Below, in pieces: positions 49,700 through 61,820 of a stretch of 64,000 bases of DNA. The first letter of the stretch is position 1. Each line of letters begins with the position of its first letter. A program made the translations under genes and the position numbers. A model generated the notes under the pieces. It ran no database searches. It was not told the DNA's origin and saw nothing but the letters and a program-made list of their open reading frames with translations. Origin of the DNA: Vicugna vicugna (taxonomy: Eukaryota); NCBI GenBank assembly GCA_013265495.1, contig MU058582.1, positions 62,001 to 126,000 of the forward strand, in the 5' to 3' direction.

Positions 49700-50420
49700 T
49701 CGTTTTATATGTATTTATAATAATGTTTACATATATGTATTTACATTTACAATTATATATTTATAGAATATATATTTGTTTATAGTTATATACTTACAGT
49801 AATATATTTATGTTAATATTAATATATGAATATGTTAATGTTTATAATTATAATGCATGAACATTTTTATGGTTATATATTTATAGTAATATAAACATAT
49901 TTATAATTATTTATAATAATACACAAATATATTTGTATGTTACACATTTATATTGATATATATTGTTTGTAATCATATATTTATAATAATTCATAAATAT
50001 ACTTATTTGTGTTTATTATTTATATTAATTTTAAATGTATATATCAATCTTAAAAAATAAGTCTTCACATATAAATATTTAAAGCCTTTAAATATTCATA
50101 TGTTTGTAATTATACATTTATAATATTTAAATGGGTATTTGTTTATAATTATATATTTATAATAGTGAATATATTCATATATTTATAGTTATATATTTAC
50201 ACTAACATTTATATGTTCATACTTGTCTATTTATAATACATTTATTTATAGTTATATTCATATTATATAAATTATATTGTTTATAATTATTATAATATGA
50301 AATATATTTGTGTTTATTATTTGTATGTTAATTTTTAAATTTATATGTGTAAATTTTATAAAATATAGTCTTTATATATACATATTGATAGTCTTTGTAT
50401 GTATTTACAGTGCATATATG
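49700..50420. repeat. About 720-bp extremely AT-rich low-complexity tract
   Basis: Degenerate tatatttataat-like units. Confidence 0.95.
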
Positions 50421-51279
50421 TGTGTTTAAAGTCTCTGGCAACCGACTTAAGGGCATACTAAAAATATTATTCAGGAAAATATTCTAAAATGTAGCAAGAT
50501 CAGTGAGTCTGCAGCATTTGAACAATGTCCTTTTCCTTCCTCCCCAATCCAGCCCAATATGATGGCAACTTCACTCCAAGTAGGTGCCGCCAAGAACACA
50601 GGGCACCCTCTCCACCCAGCTCCGAGTCCAGGCAGCATCTTCCTGAGAGAGCCAGCCCATCAGCATTTCTCATCCCACCCCCACCCCTCAGCTGCCTGGT
50701 GCCGAGGCTAAGCTCCAGGTAAGTCGGACAAGAGGCGGGGGCTCTCTCCTGCTGAGGCTTCACTTGTGACACACAGACTCTGCCTTGGCCGGGCACACCC
50801 TTGGCCGGGCTCATTTGTAAAGTGGAGATTCCATCCTGGGAGAAGCAAGCCAAGATCAAAGGCCCCCTGATGACTGCCCCCTCCCCAAACACGGTTGTTA
50901 TTCAGAGAGAGGACACCACTGTCCCTGCCCCCGGCCCAGAGCCGGGGCTCAGGGTTTGCCCAGGGAGAGAGGCAGGGCAAAATAAAGAGCGCTGAGCCCT
51001 TCCCAAATGAGCTGATTTTATTTGCAACAGAGTGTGAGGAAGTTCAAAACAAGAGGGCCTGTGGTAAAGAGCAATGAAGAAGAAACTGGTAGCTTCTTAG
51101 GAATAAGCTGAGCTACAGGCTTGTCGGTTTACCAGAGAGCACCAGGGCAAGAGACAGCTCAAAAGGCAGCAGAGCACACCTCAAACACCGGCCTCGAAAG
51201 CTGTCCTTGCCAGTGAGCCTCACTGGATCAGTCTGTGAAGCAACCCAGGGACACACAGAAAACAACAGTTGGACAGTAT

Positions 51280-51575
51280 ATTTACATGTGACCACATCAG
51301 TACTCACATTAAATGCCGGTGGTCTAAACACGCTAATTAAAAGTAGAGATTATCTGATTAAATAAAAATCAAGACTCAACTACATCCTGGCTATAAGCAT
51401 TCTACTTTAAATAAAAAGTTACAAGTAGGTTAAAAATAAAATGATAGAAAAAGATATACCATGCTAACGTTAATCAAATAACATAAAAATCTATTTCAGA
51501 GCAAAGAATATCGCCAGGTACAGAAGTGGTCATTTTGTAACAACAAAAGAACCAATTCATCTAAAGGATATAATG
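51280..51575 (+). mobile_element. L1 ORF2 endonuclease-region fragment
   Basis: cacattaaatg...ggtctaaacacgctaattaaaag...aagactcaactacatcctggctataag...gaaaaagatataccatgctaac. Confidence 0.7.
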
Positions 51576-53235
51576 TTTAGGTAGAGCTATTCGCTGGGTA
51601 TGTGAAAAAAATTTAATAAAGTGAACAATATTAAGAGAAATTTTCAAATTTCACTACAGAGTGAATTTGATTTTAAAAATGTTTGCTCTCAGTGGAAAAA
51701 AATTATAAAATTCATTGCCCCAAATCAGAAATAAATATCCAAAACAAACAGTAATGATTTTTAACAGAATTTGAGTTTGTAACTTTGGCCAGCTTTAAAA
51801 CAGCTGGATTCTCACAATAAAAAGAAAAACAATTTGGATGGAAAGATGACAAAAAATTATTTCAGTTATGGAAATTTGTTAGAAAATTATGAGGAAAATG
51901 CTGTAAAAAAAGATACAAAAAGTGAAAGCTTTTTCAATTGAGCCTCAAAACAATTGCCCACGGAATACAAGGCCTTTCCAACAAAAGAGAAAATGAATGG
52001 ATTCAAAACTTGAAAGTCTGCAAGTACCTCTCTTCAGCTTTAGTTGAGTCATGTAATATGAGACCCTGCCCAGTTAATATTTTGAATACCTTTTGTCTCA
52101 AAGGACATCCAGACCTATGAAGAAATGTTGCCAATTCATGAGCTAAAATATCAAACTTATGGCATAGATCCTTTAAACCTTTTACGTTTATCAAAGAAGA
52201 ATTTCAGCTAAATGTAAAAAAAATTCGTTTTTGTCCCGACCAACAACACTGTTCCACCTACGTTAGGTCAGGACTCCAGATTTAATTTGATTATAAAACC
52301 AGAGATGGATATTTCCTTTATTGCTTTATTCCACTCTCTGGTACAGCTTTTAAAAATTTGTGTTTAGTTTTTATAGCAGACTTTATGAAAAGCATCATGA
52401 ATAGATACATTTGTTAAAATCACTCAGGATGTATGTGCAAAGGATAGAAGTCATCACTACTTCATGGAACCGTTGAAGGAAATAGAAGGCAATGCATTTA
52501 ACGATCATATGCCTTTGCCAGCGTTCGTTGGCTGAGTCTTGGAAATTTTACAAAGAATTACTGTAGTGTCAATTGCAATTCAAGATTTCCCTGAAACACA
52601 AGGAATGTTTGTTGAATATTCAATAATCAAAGAGCCAACAAGAGCAATCTGTACGTTTATTTCTCACTAATACGTACTGTATCTAACTGAGCTAAATTTG
52701 AATAGTCAGAAGGAAGGAAAAGCTATTTGTAACCCAACTGGCCAAGTATATGAATTTATGTTGAAATCAGAACTTCATAATACAAATCAATAATAATGAT
52801 TTTATGCATTCTTCTAACATGAGTCAATATGTCAGAGATTTTCATTGTCACTGGCTGTTATGTAATTGGTGGCAAAAACTTGAAGAATGCCTTGAAGAAA
52901 AATTTGAAGAATGCTTTGTGATATCGGTCAGTTTAGAAATGCTTTTCAAATTATGTCATACCTCTGTGAATTCGATGTTAATAACACTGAGTTGAAAACA
53001 AGAGTTAGTGAATTACTTAACTTGGAAAGACGTAATTTTGAAACTGATACGCTTTTGCTTCAAAGTCAAATCATTTCTTCTAAAAAGATGAACTGGTTTT
53101 GTCCTTGACTTAAAGGAAAATGAAATTTTGGTACTGCATTCAGTTACTGGAAATTTTTAAAGTATGTTTAGAATAACTTGATATGTAAATCTATTTTTTT
53201 CAACTGTAAATGTTATTAAATCTTAAGACAGATCA

Positions 53236-53380
53236 GGGGAGGGTATAGCTCAAGTGGTAGAGTGCATGCACATGCCTAGCATGCATGAGGTCCTGGGTTC
53301 AATCCCCAGTACCTCCATTAAAAATAAATAAATAAATATGTAAACCTAATTACCTCTTTCCGAAAAGAAAAATACCCTTA
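53236..53380 (+). mobile_element. tRNA-derived SINE (camelid Vic-1-like)
   Basis: ggggagggtatagctcaagtggtagagtgc...ggttcaatccccagtacctcc; TSD AAGACAGATCA 53225-53235 / 53381-53391. Confidence 0.93.
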
Positions 53381-53419
53381 AAGACAGATCAAGTATCTCT
53401 AATGAAAAGTTAGCATGTA

Positions 53420-53508
53420 GTGGGTAGGGTATAGCTCAGTGGTAGAGCGTGTGCTTAGCATGCATGAGATCCTGGGTTCAATCCCCAGTACCTCCATTTA
53501 AAAAAAAA
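53420..53508 (+). mobile_element. tRNA-derived SINE (short form)
   Basis: A/B boxes, poly(A); TSD AAAAGTTAGCATGTA 53405-53419 / 53509-53523. Confidence 0.93.
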
Positions 53509-53595
53509 AAAAGTTAGCATGTAAATTGAGATGTGCTGTAAGTGTAAAATAGACACATTTCAAAGACCTAATGTGGAAAAAAGAATGTAAAATAT

Positions 53596-54060
53596 TGTTA
53601 CCAAGTACAAATTCGTTCTGCTCACCCAAGGACAGGCCAATAAATCAGAAGATGAGATGCTGGGGCAAGAAATAGCAATTTTATTCAGAAAGTGGGCGGA
53701 CAGAGAAGATGGCCAACTAATGTACTACGAAAAAGGGGAGGAGGTGACTTTCTTGCAAACTTCTCCCTGTTGGAATCCTTTGTTCTTGCAGCTGTCCATG
53801 TGGGTCAGGCCACGGTGTCCCTGTAAACCTCCAACAAAACAAATGTTACTTTCTATTCTGCAACTTTTCATCTTTCTATGAATGCAAAAGGGTTAATACC
53901 CTAAAGGTCAGAGCCTTGACAATAGGCTGTCCTGTATACTTCAGGCTTTAGGCAACATTCTTTTACAAAAGGTGGAAAACCAGCCCAATAAACAGAGCAC
54001 TGGGTTAAAGCTAAAGGAACAGATCTAGTATGGAGTCAGATTTGTCCTTTTTCTCTTACA
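53596..54060 (-). mobile_element. Solo LTR (465 bp)
   Basis: TG...CA ends, flanking ATAT/GTAT; cleanly splits the MER33-like sequence. Confidence 0.8.
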
Positions 54061-54199
54061 GTATCTCAACAACCTTTACATTGAATACATATTGAAATGT
54101 TACTATTTTGAACATATTGGCTTAAAATAAATTTATCATTTAAATTAATTTCACATTACTTTTTTTAATGTGGCTACTGGAAATTTTTAATTTTTCTGA

Positions 54200-55252
54200 C
54201 AAAGGAAACAATAAAATGAAAAAGTAACCTACAGAATGAAAGAAAATATTTGCAAATGATGTATCTGTTAAGGGATTAATATCCAAAATATGTAAGGAAC
54301 TCATACAACTCAATAGCAAAAAAAACAACTCAATTAAAAATTGGGCAAACACCCAAGATAGACATTTTTCCAAAGAAGACATACAAATAGCCAACAGGTC
54401 TATGAAAAGATGCTCAACATCACTAATCATCGAGAAAATGTAAATCAAAATCACAATGAGATATCACCTCGCACCTGTGAGGATGGCTATTACCAGAAGT
54501 CAGAAGATAATAAGTGCTGGCAAGTATATGGAGAAAGGCGGATACCAGTCCACTGTTGGTGGGAATGTAAATTGGTGCAGCCATTATGGAAAACAGCATA
54601 GAGGGTCCTCAAAACAGGAAAAATGGAATTATCATATGATCCCACAATCCCACTTCTTGGTATAGAGCCAGATGAAATGAAATCACTATCTCAAAGTGGT
54701 ATCTGCCCTCCTATGTGCACTGCAGCATTATTTATGGTAACCAGGAGATGGTTACTAGTCTAAGTGTCCTTGGACAGATGAATGAAGAAATGTGAAATCC
54801 TGCCATTTGTAATAACATGGATGAACATGGAGGACATTATGCTGAATGAAATAAACTAGGCACAGAAAGACAAATGTTGCGTGAGCTCACTTACATGTGA
54901 ACTCTTAACAAACAAACAAAGCAAAACTCACAATAACAGAGCAGAAAGGAGGGGATGAAAAGGGGAGATACTGATCAAAGGACACAAACTTCCAGTTATA
55001 AGAGGAGTTAAGTTCTCAAGACCTAAGGTACAGCACTGTGACTATAGTTAGTAATGTGTTGTACACTTGAAGTGTGCTATGAGGGGTCTCAAGTGTTCTC
55101 ACGTGACACACACAAAATGCAACTGAGGTGACTGACAGGTTAATTAGCTTGATTATAGTCATTATTTCACAATGTACACCTGTATCAAACATTTATGCTG
55201 TACACCTTAAACGTACAACTTTTATTTCTCACTCATACCTCAATCAAGCTGA
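54200..55252 (+). mobile_element. L1 3' portion (ORF2 C-terminus + 3' UTR)
   Basis: aaaatatttgcaaat...aaagaagacatacaaatagccaacagg...aatgagatatcacctcgcacc...cactgttggtgggaatgtaaattgg...atacctcaatcaagctg. Confidence 0.92.
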
Positions 55253-55629
55253 GGGGGGGAAATCATAACATCTGTGATTCACATTATACTTCTTCTGGAC
55301 AGCACTGAACTAAACTTGGGACCACAGAATTCTGCCCAGGAGGTCGAGACCCTGGACTCCCGACCAGCTGCAAGCCTCCCGCCCTGTGGCCCCAGACTGA
55401 CCGGGTTACTGGGAGAATCAAATGCGTCGATGTATGCAAAAAGCGTAAAGGAGGCCCGGCACTCAGCAAGCGCTATCTAAGCGTTAGCTATGATCCCTGT
55501 GATTAGATTACTGGCCAAGATTTCTAAAAATATAGCTCAGCAGAGCAGCGCACCAAGGAGAGGAACTGCTCCGCCTAGATTGAAACTCTCACAACACCCG
55601 TAAGAGATCAAACTGACGGGATGGCCAAT

Positions 55630-55785
55630 GCGGCTGTGACTAGAGGCAGGCGAGGGAGGCGCTCCTCTGGGTGCAAAATTTAAGCGAGAGCACCAAAAAC
55701 CCCAGGATTCAGGACACCTTACATCCGGGTGTAATATTGTATTAAATGCAAATCAACGTCCCCGAACCCACGATGAGCCAACTCC
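55630..55785. mobile_element. Possible MER96B-like hAT MITE fragment
   Basis: gaggcaggcgagggaggcgc...gggtgcaaaatttaag...caccaaaaac. Confidence 0.45.
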
Positions 55786-56540
55786 CTTAACGGTTAAGAC
55801 AGGAGCGGTACTGATGATTTTTCCCGTCCCAGGCTCCGCCGGGTGGCTCAGACCTGCCTCCGTGGTCTCGAGCCAGCCCTACCGGCGACCCCCAGCTCTC
55901 AGTACAGGAGGAAGCGATTCTGGCCGCGCCGCCGGAGTGCCCCCCAACCCCTACCCCATGGCGGGAACTGGGCCGCGCGGCGCGTGCCGCGAGCTCCCAG
56001 GCTGCCCCGCGGCCCTTCCCGCCAGGCCCCGCGGCCCTTCCCGCCAAGCCCTGCGGCCGCGTCCACAGAGCCGCCGCAGAAGCCGTTGCCACCCCCGGCC
56101 CAGACGTGCCGCCATGGGCTTTCCCTGGTACAGCATCAACTATAGTCCTCACATCTCCAACGTCAGTAGTTCCCTGGACGTCCTGGTGATCGTTTTGTAC
56201 TTCATGTTGGTCCTGGTCGTCGGGCTGTGGGTACGTGGGGCCCAGCACGGGGTACCCAGCGCGGGGTTAGGGTGGGTGGGCTCTGGACACCAGGCGGGTG
56301 CGACCCACCCCACCCCCGCCTGTCGCCTGGTCCCCACCTCGCATCTCTCATCCCTCTTATCCCCGCCCGTGCCGGTGCGAAGCCCTCAGCCGAGGCCTCT
56401 CCACCCACCCCTCTCGGCCTGCTACTCCCCACCAAGACTAAGGGCACGTCCAGGCCCACCTTCCCTCCCCACCCCGTAAAATAAACAGGTCAGGCAGCCA
56501 GGTGCCCGCGGCCTGGAACCCAGGCCGTGTGTGAGGCGCA
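55780..56540 (+). promoter_or_regulatory. CpG island promoter / first exon of the SLC5A-family gene
   Basis: Dense CpG around the Kozak ATG. Confidence 0.8.
56114..56230 (+). CDS. SLC5A-family (SGLT1/SGLT3-like) Na+/sugar cotransporter, coding exon 1
   Basis: Perfect Kozak GCCGCCATGG; MGFPWYSINYSPHISNVSSSLDVLVIVLYFMLVLVVGLW resembles SGLT1 DISIIVIYFVVVMAVGLW; GTACGT donor, phase 0. Confidence 0.88.
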
Positions 56541-57992
56541 GTCGTTGTTCTGATCATCGTGATGGTGGTGGCAGTGGTGACAGCTACCCATCATTGGACG
56601 CTAAAGTGTCTGGTCTGTCTTGAGTACCTTAAGTGCATCACCTTCTCTAGCCAAGCTGTGTATCACAGAGGAGGACACTGAGGTTCAGAGAGGTCAAGGA
56701 ACTGCCAGGGAATGAAGGAGTGCAGGTTTGAACCTAGGCTGTCCTATATGACTCAAGACCTTCACCACATGGCCTTGTTTGCAAGACCTCAGAGGTCATA
56801 TGTAATTTAGGGCTGTAAGTGTTCCCTTTGAACCTGAATTGAGGATCTCTTTCTGAAAGCATTCATCAGCCTCTGTCTGCTGAGCCCCCGCAGGGAGATC
56901 TTGGTGGTGTTGCTGGTGCTTGGCTCCCACAGGATGTTAAAGGGGAAAAAACTTACACTTGGGTTTGTTTGTTTCGTCTGTTATTGGTCTCAGCCCAGAG
57001 ATCTTTGAGCAAGTGGTGGATGCGTCTTCCACCTGGCAGCCTGGCTGCCACGGTTGGCATGTTATTCCAGAAAGAGGAAAGAAAAGACAGAGACATGTTT
57101 ATGACCGCCTTCTTCCGTTGACCTCCTCTCTTCCTGTCTGGTTCTTTCTTTAATGAAAAGAGAGAGTAATTTTATTCATCTTAGAATGTTGTGTAAATCC
57201 CTTTTAAAAGTTTCAACGCACCTCTACCTGCATACCACTGATGCCGTCCTTAGGAAAAGTCGGCTCTGGGCATCATAGGCTCTTGACAGACATTTAGTGA
57301 ATGGATGAAATGAGACTAACTTAATGCCTCTGATTTAGAGACTTGTTCTTTGGTTTATGGCTTTATGATGTGAGAGGACTCGGTTATAAAGCAGGTACCC
57401 CCCCCGGAGGGCAGTCTTAAGTCTATTCCTCCCACAGAAACATGTTTGTGTCGACCAGCGGCCATTCTTGGGTTGCGCTAGTCCTAGGCGACCCAGGAAA
57501 CCCCCAGGACTATCTTTTGACAATCCCAAGGTCTAAGGGTCAGAGCTGGGGACCTGAGCAGAGAGCCCTGGACACGTTGTGGGGACACCATAGTAACGAC
57601 AGGGTGGCTGCTCTCCTCAAGAAAGCTAGGCTTGTGTTCAGCCTTGCTGTTTCCCGAATGATCGATGCACTCACCAAACCACTCATCTCCCAGACTCTGC
57701 TGCAGACCATGGCACTGGTAAACTAACTATTTGGGGTAAGAATAAAGCCATATTACTTTCACAAGAGTGTAAAGACATGGGCATGCCCATGAGTCTCACA
57801 GCTGGGACAGACTGTGGCCCTCCTCGAACTCAGCGGGCAGGGGCTTCTTTCCTAAAAAGAATGAAGGGGGGAAGGTGTTTGGGGGGGGTCTCCATGAAGG
57901 ACATTTCCCCATAAGTGAATGTTGTCTGTCTGTCAGATCTGTGTCTTTGAAGCAGTTTGATTTCTTGGATTCCCTCCTTTTTTTTTTTTAAG

Positions 57993-58064
57993 GCTATACT
58001 GTCAAGCAATCGTGGGACAGTCGAAGACTTCTTCCTGGCTGGCCGAAATCTACCGTGGTGGCAG
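57993..58064 (+). CDS. SLC5A-family cotransporter, coding exon 2 (72 bp)
   Basis: Poly-T/AG acceptor, GTGAGT donor; AILSSNRGTVEDFFLAGRNLPWWQ vs SGLT1 [24 protein letters not shown]. Confidence 0.95.
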
Positions 58065-59639
58065 GTGAGTTTGCCTCGCATGTGCGGTCCTTTAGGGGTT
58101 GTGTGTGGATTTGTTTATCACTTTAATTTGGATGTCTTATACCTCAAATAATTGGAAGTTGCTAAATCAGGAAAATCATTTCATTAGTCCCCTTAAGTCT
58201 TAAGTAGTTTCTTACCTGTATGTTTCCATTCAACTCAGTTTAGTTCAGTAATCATTTATGAAGTGCTGGGTATGTACAAGGCATTGCCCTAGGTTCCGGG
58301 ACCCACATAGGAGGCAGTGAGTCCTGCCCCTCAGAAGCACACAGTGTAAAATGGGGTTGGATGTGTATCCATGCATTACAGTGCAGGACAGCCAGTCCCA
58401 CAGGAGGCACACGGCCAGATATGGATGAGAGGTGAGCTCAGGATCACTGGTGGAGTCGTGGGTAGTGCAAGATGGAAGGGTCTTCCAGAGGTGGGGCTGC
58501 AGGGATGGTGATGGAGTGTGAGGGCAGAGGGAGCAGCAGGTGCAGAAGCGTGGAGGTGGGGGGAACAGCATGATACCAGCCGGACGGAGGGAGAGAAGCA
58601 GATGGAGGGCTGGAGACGTTTCTCGTTGTGTACGTGCTTAAAGAGCTTATTCATTTTACAAAGTGAGTCACCTGAGAGGAGCCCTCAGACCCTCACATGG
58701 CAGAGTCAGCTGCCTTTTTGTGGCCTGCACTCGTGATGGGAGGAGGGCAATGCCCCATGGAGGAGGAGGCTGTGGGGACCCAGCAGAGCCCAGGGTCTGA
58801 GGACCAAGCCAAGCCTGAACCAGGGCTGCTTTGTGACTTGTTACTTAGGATTAAGCACAGGTCCCCTGCACAGGGACATCAGCTACACTGGGAGACTTGT
58901 GCAGGGAGCTGGCCCTCACTCGCTCACACTCTTTGTCCTCCAGTGATAAGCAGCTTGACAGGGAGGAGTCCAACTTTCACACTGGGGTCCCGCTTCACGG
59001 AGCAAAGCCTTGTTTGGGGAGGAGAAGGCACCTTTGTTCAAAGGGAGGAGGGAGGCGCACTCGTTGACCTGGGGGATCAGCTGCCCTCACCTGATGGCTT
59101 TGCCTCGTGTCTCTGGGAGGTTTGGGGAGGAGTATTTTCTTGATGTTAACTCTCTGACTTATGCTTGAATCTTCTTTTTTTGTAAACCTGGTTTAGAAAG
59201 AGATTGAATGTGGCAAAGAAATGTTTGCCCTGGGCTTCCTACCTTACTTTATTTTTCAGCAGGGGATTCTAGCAACACCATCTCTTCTGGGCCAAGACCC
59301 CCAGTCTTTGGCCGGAACCACTCTCAGGCCTTGGAGTCATGTTTTCTGTACCTAGAGGAATGGCAGAGTCTGCACCACATTAGCCTTCTTAACTGTGATT
59401 CTGGCCGTGGTTTTCCAAAGACATTAGTGTGCTTTGGCCTCCCAATGTTTGTATGTGTTATGATTTATTAATTTCTTTACTGTGACTTCTTTTTTCATTA
59501 TTAGAATTGTTGCTTAATGGACAAACTCTGTTATTAAAGAAAAGTGAAATAAAAGAGTAATTTTGCCACTCCATCTTTCTTCTTTATATTTGTATTCAGT
59601 CAGCAGATACCCGATGGGTCTGTGTTGCTCTTGTGCGGC

Positions 59640-60790
59640 CTCCATGTGGCCTGTCCCCATGGTCAGTGCTCAGGCCTCATCATACCTGGCTTAGCAGTGG
59701 TGAAACTCTAAGGCTTGGCCTCCCTCCCACCTCGCTCTGTCACCACTCTGCTTTCCTGCTGCTCTGCCAGCCTCTTGTTTGCTGTCTCCCCGGCCGGTTC
59801 TCCCCCAGCTCCCAGCTGTTAGCACTGGAGTCCCCAGGGCCAGATCCTGGCCTCTTCTCTCCAGTTCTCCTCGCACACCTAGTTTCATGGCACTAAATGC
59901 CAACGGCATGCTAACAAGTCCAGCCTCTGTCCCTTGAAATCCAGTCTTGTGTGTCCCGCTGCCCATTTGACACTTGCCCTTGAGCGATCTGTCTGGTCTC
60001 CCACACGGACTGTGTCCAGAGGGGACTGTGGGCCTCCCTGTGTGAATGTAGCCCCCCCCCCCCAAAAAAAATGTGAGCCTGGCCCCCCCCCCCCCCGGCT
60101 TCCCTGTCCCTGAACAGCGCCCCATCCTTCTGGTTGCTTAGGTTGACACGCAAGGAGTCGTGTTAGATCCTTTATTCTCTCTCACCTCAACATCCAGCCT
60201 GTCAGGAAGTCCTGTGAACTCACTTTGAAAGCAGATTTGAAATCTGCCTCCTTCTCGTCAGCTCTGCCTCCCGGTCCATGCCCCCAGCATCCCTCCTTCC
60301 CCCTGTCTAACCCTCAGAGCAGCTAAAGGGAGCCTATTAAACTCAGGTCAGACCATGTCACCTTACTGCTTGAAACCCTCTGGGGGCTCCCATGTCACCC
60401 ACAATGAAAGCCCAGCCTCTGTTAGGCCACAGATGACCTGCACCCCTTACCTCCCCTCTGTGACCTGGAACAGTTCACCTAGGCTCCTGCCTCAGGGCCT
60501 TTGCCCCTGCTGCTCGCTCTCTGCAGATACGCCCAGCCTGGCACTCAACTCTCCTGGAGGACATTCTCCCAAGCACTTCTCTCTAGGACTTTAGTGTTTA
60601 CTACTGTTCCCTGTGCTGTAAAATAATCCCCTAATTCATTTAGTTTACCCTCTTCTTCTTAAAAGAATGTTAGCTTCATGAGGGCAGGGATTTGCCTGTT
60701 TGACTCTCTAATGTATCCCTAGTGCCTATAGCACTCTCTGGCACATAGTTGGCAATAGACATTTATTAATAGTTACTGAACTCATGAATG
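59640..60790 (+). mobile_element. L2 LINE fragment in intron 2 (an antisense L2 piece also lies at about 58240-58700)
   Basis: tcagaccatgtcacc...cttgaaaccctc; 3' end tagcttcatgagggcaggga...ctggcacatagttggc. Confidence 0.75.
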
Positions 60791-61104
60791 GTGACTTTTT
60801 AACCTACCTTTTCATTTAATAATGTATCTTCCTAGGGCTGTATAAACATAGGTAGATATAGGTATGTTGTATTTTTATGTGGTTGAATAGTATTACATCA
60901 CATGGACACTCACCATTTATGTACCACATTACTGGGCAATTTAGACTGTATATAATTTTCCATTATTATGATAAAGGTAGCTAACATCCCTAGTAGTAAA
61001 AATAACTACTTGAGCATTTACTATGTGCCTTGTCTAAGATTCCTTTTGCCTTATATTTGTTGTGTCTGAGGTGTTTGGTGCCTGTATGTTCTCAATTAGG
61101 TCTT

Positions 61105-61820
61105 TTTTTTTTAGTTTTTTTAAATTGAAATATGTCAGTTTACAATATTGTATCAATTTCTGGTGTACAGCATAATAGTTCAGTCATACATATATATTCC
61201 TTTTCATATTCTTTTTCATTATAGATTGCTACAAAATATTGACTATAGTTCTCTCTGCTATACAGTATGAACTTGTGGTTTATCTATTTTATATATAGTA
61301 GTTAGTATCTTCCAATCTCAAACTCCCAATTTATCCATTCCTACTCCCTTCTCCTCTGGTAGCCATAAGTTTGTTTTCTTTTTCTGTGAGTCTGTTTCTG
61401 TTTTCTTTTTTTTTTTTTTGAAAATATTTTATAATCAATTCTCCAGAATCCTAGCCATCCAGTACAGGGAAAAATTGTATGGTAGAACACTTCAGTATTT
61501 TTAAACAATGTAAAGACATGTTTCTGTTTTCTAAATAAGTTCATTTGTCTTTGTTTTAGATTACACATGTAAGTGATATCATATGATATTTTTCTTTCTC
61601 TTTCTGGCTTCATTTAGAATGATTATCTCTAGGTCCGTCCATGTTGCTACAAATGGCATTATTTTATTATTTTTTGTGGCTGAGTAGTATTCCATTGTAT
61701 AAATATACCACAGCTTCTTTATCCAGTCATCTGTTGATGGATATTTAGGTTGTTTCCATGTCTTGGCTATTGTAAATCATGCTGCTATGAACATTGCAGT
61801 GCATGTATCTTTTCAGATTT
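61105..61820 (-). mobile_element. L1 3' end (antisense), interrupted by a small retroposed insert
   Basis: Poly(T) then aaattgaaatatgtcagtttacaat...ggctgagtagtattccattgtat...gctgctatgaacatt. Confidence 0.9.
61407..61518 (-). pseudogene. 112-bp polyadenylated retroposed fragment of unknown origin
   Basis: Poly(T) 61407-61419, 99 bp of non-L1 sequence, 14-bp TSD TGTTTCTGTTTTCT at 61393-61406 and 61519-61532. Confidence 0.75.

Larger units (their letters stand above)
51580..54195 (+). mobile_element. Charlie5/MER33-like hAT DNA transposon remnant, interrupted by two SINEs and an LTR
   Basis: MER33-type 3' end (aattgagatgtgctgtaagtgtaaaata...aaagaatgtaaaatat | tatctca...aaattaatttcac...aatgtggctactggaaatttt) preceded by an AT-rich decayed internal region. 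Confidence 0.7.

Noticed and set aside
591..49785. Hundreds of 60-220 aa ORFs in the six-frame track
   Set aside because: Overlapping on both strands, Pro/Gly/Arg/Ser-rich, often with non-ATG starts; expected in GC-rich non-coding DNA, and none recognisable beyond the Ig exons and repeat fragments
53236..53508. tRNA genes (also at 5368, 6170 and 11199)
   Set aside because: tRNA-like A/B boxes, but with A-rich tails (and clear TSDs at 11199, 53236 and 53420), so these are SINEs
55746..55753. Octamer ATGCAAAT as a B-cell promoter element for the SLC5A gene
   Set aside because: Lies in a probable DNA-transposon remnant; a single 8-mer is expected by chance
55814..56479. 221-aa single-exon gene
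   Set aside because: It is SLC5A exon 1 plus CpG-island leader and intron read-through; the donor at 56231 matches the family exon boundary
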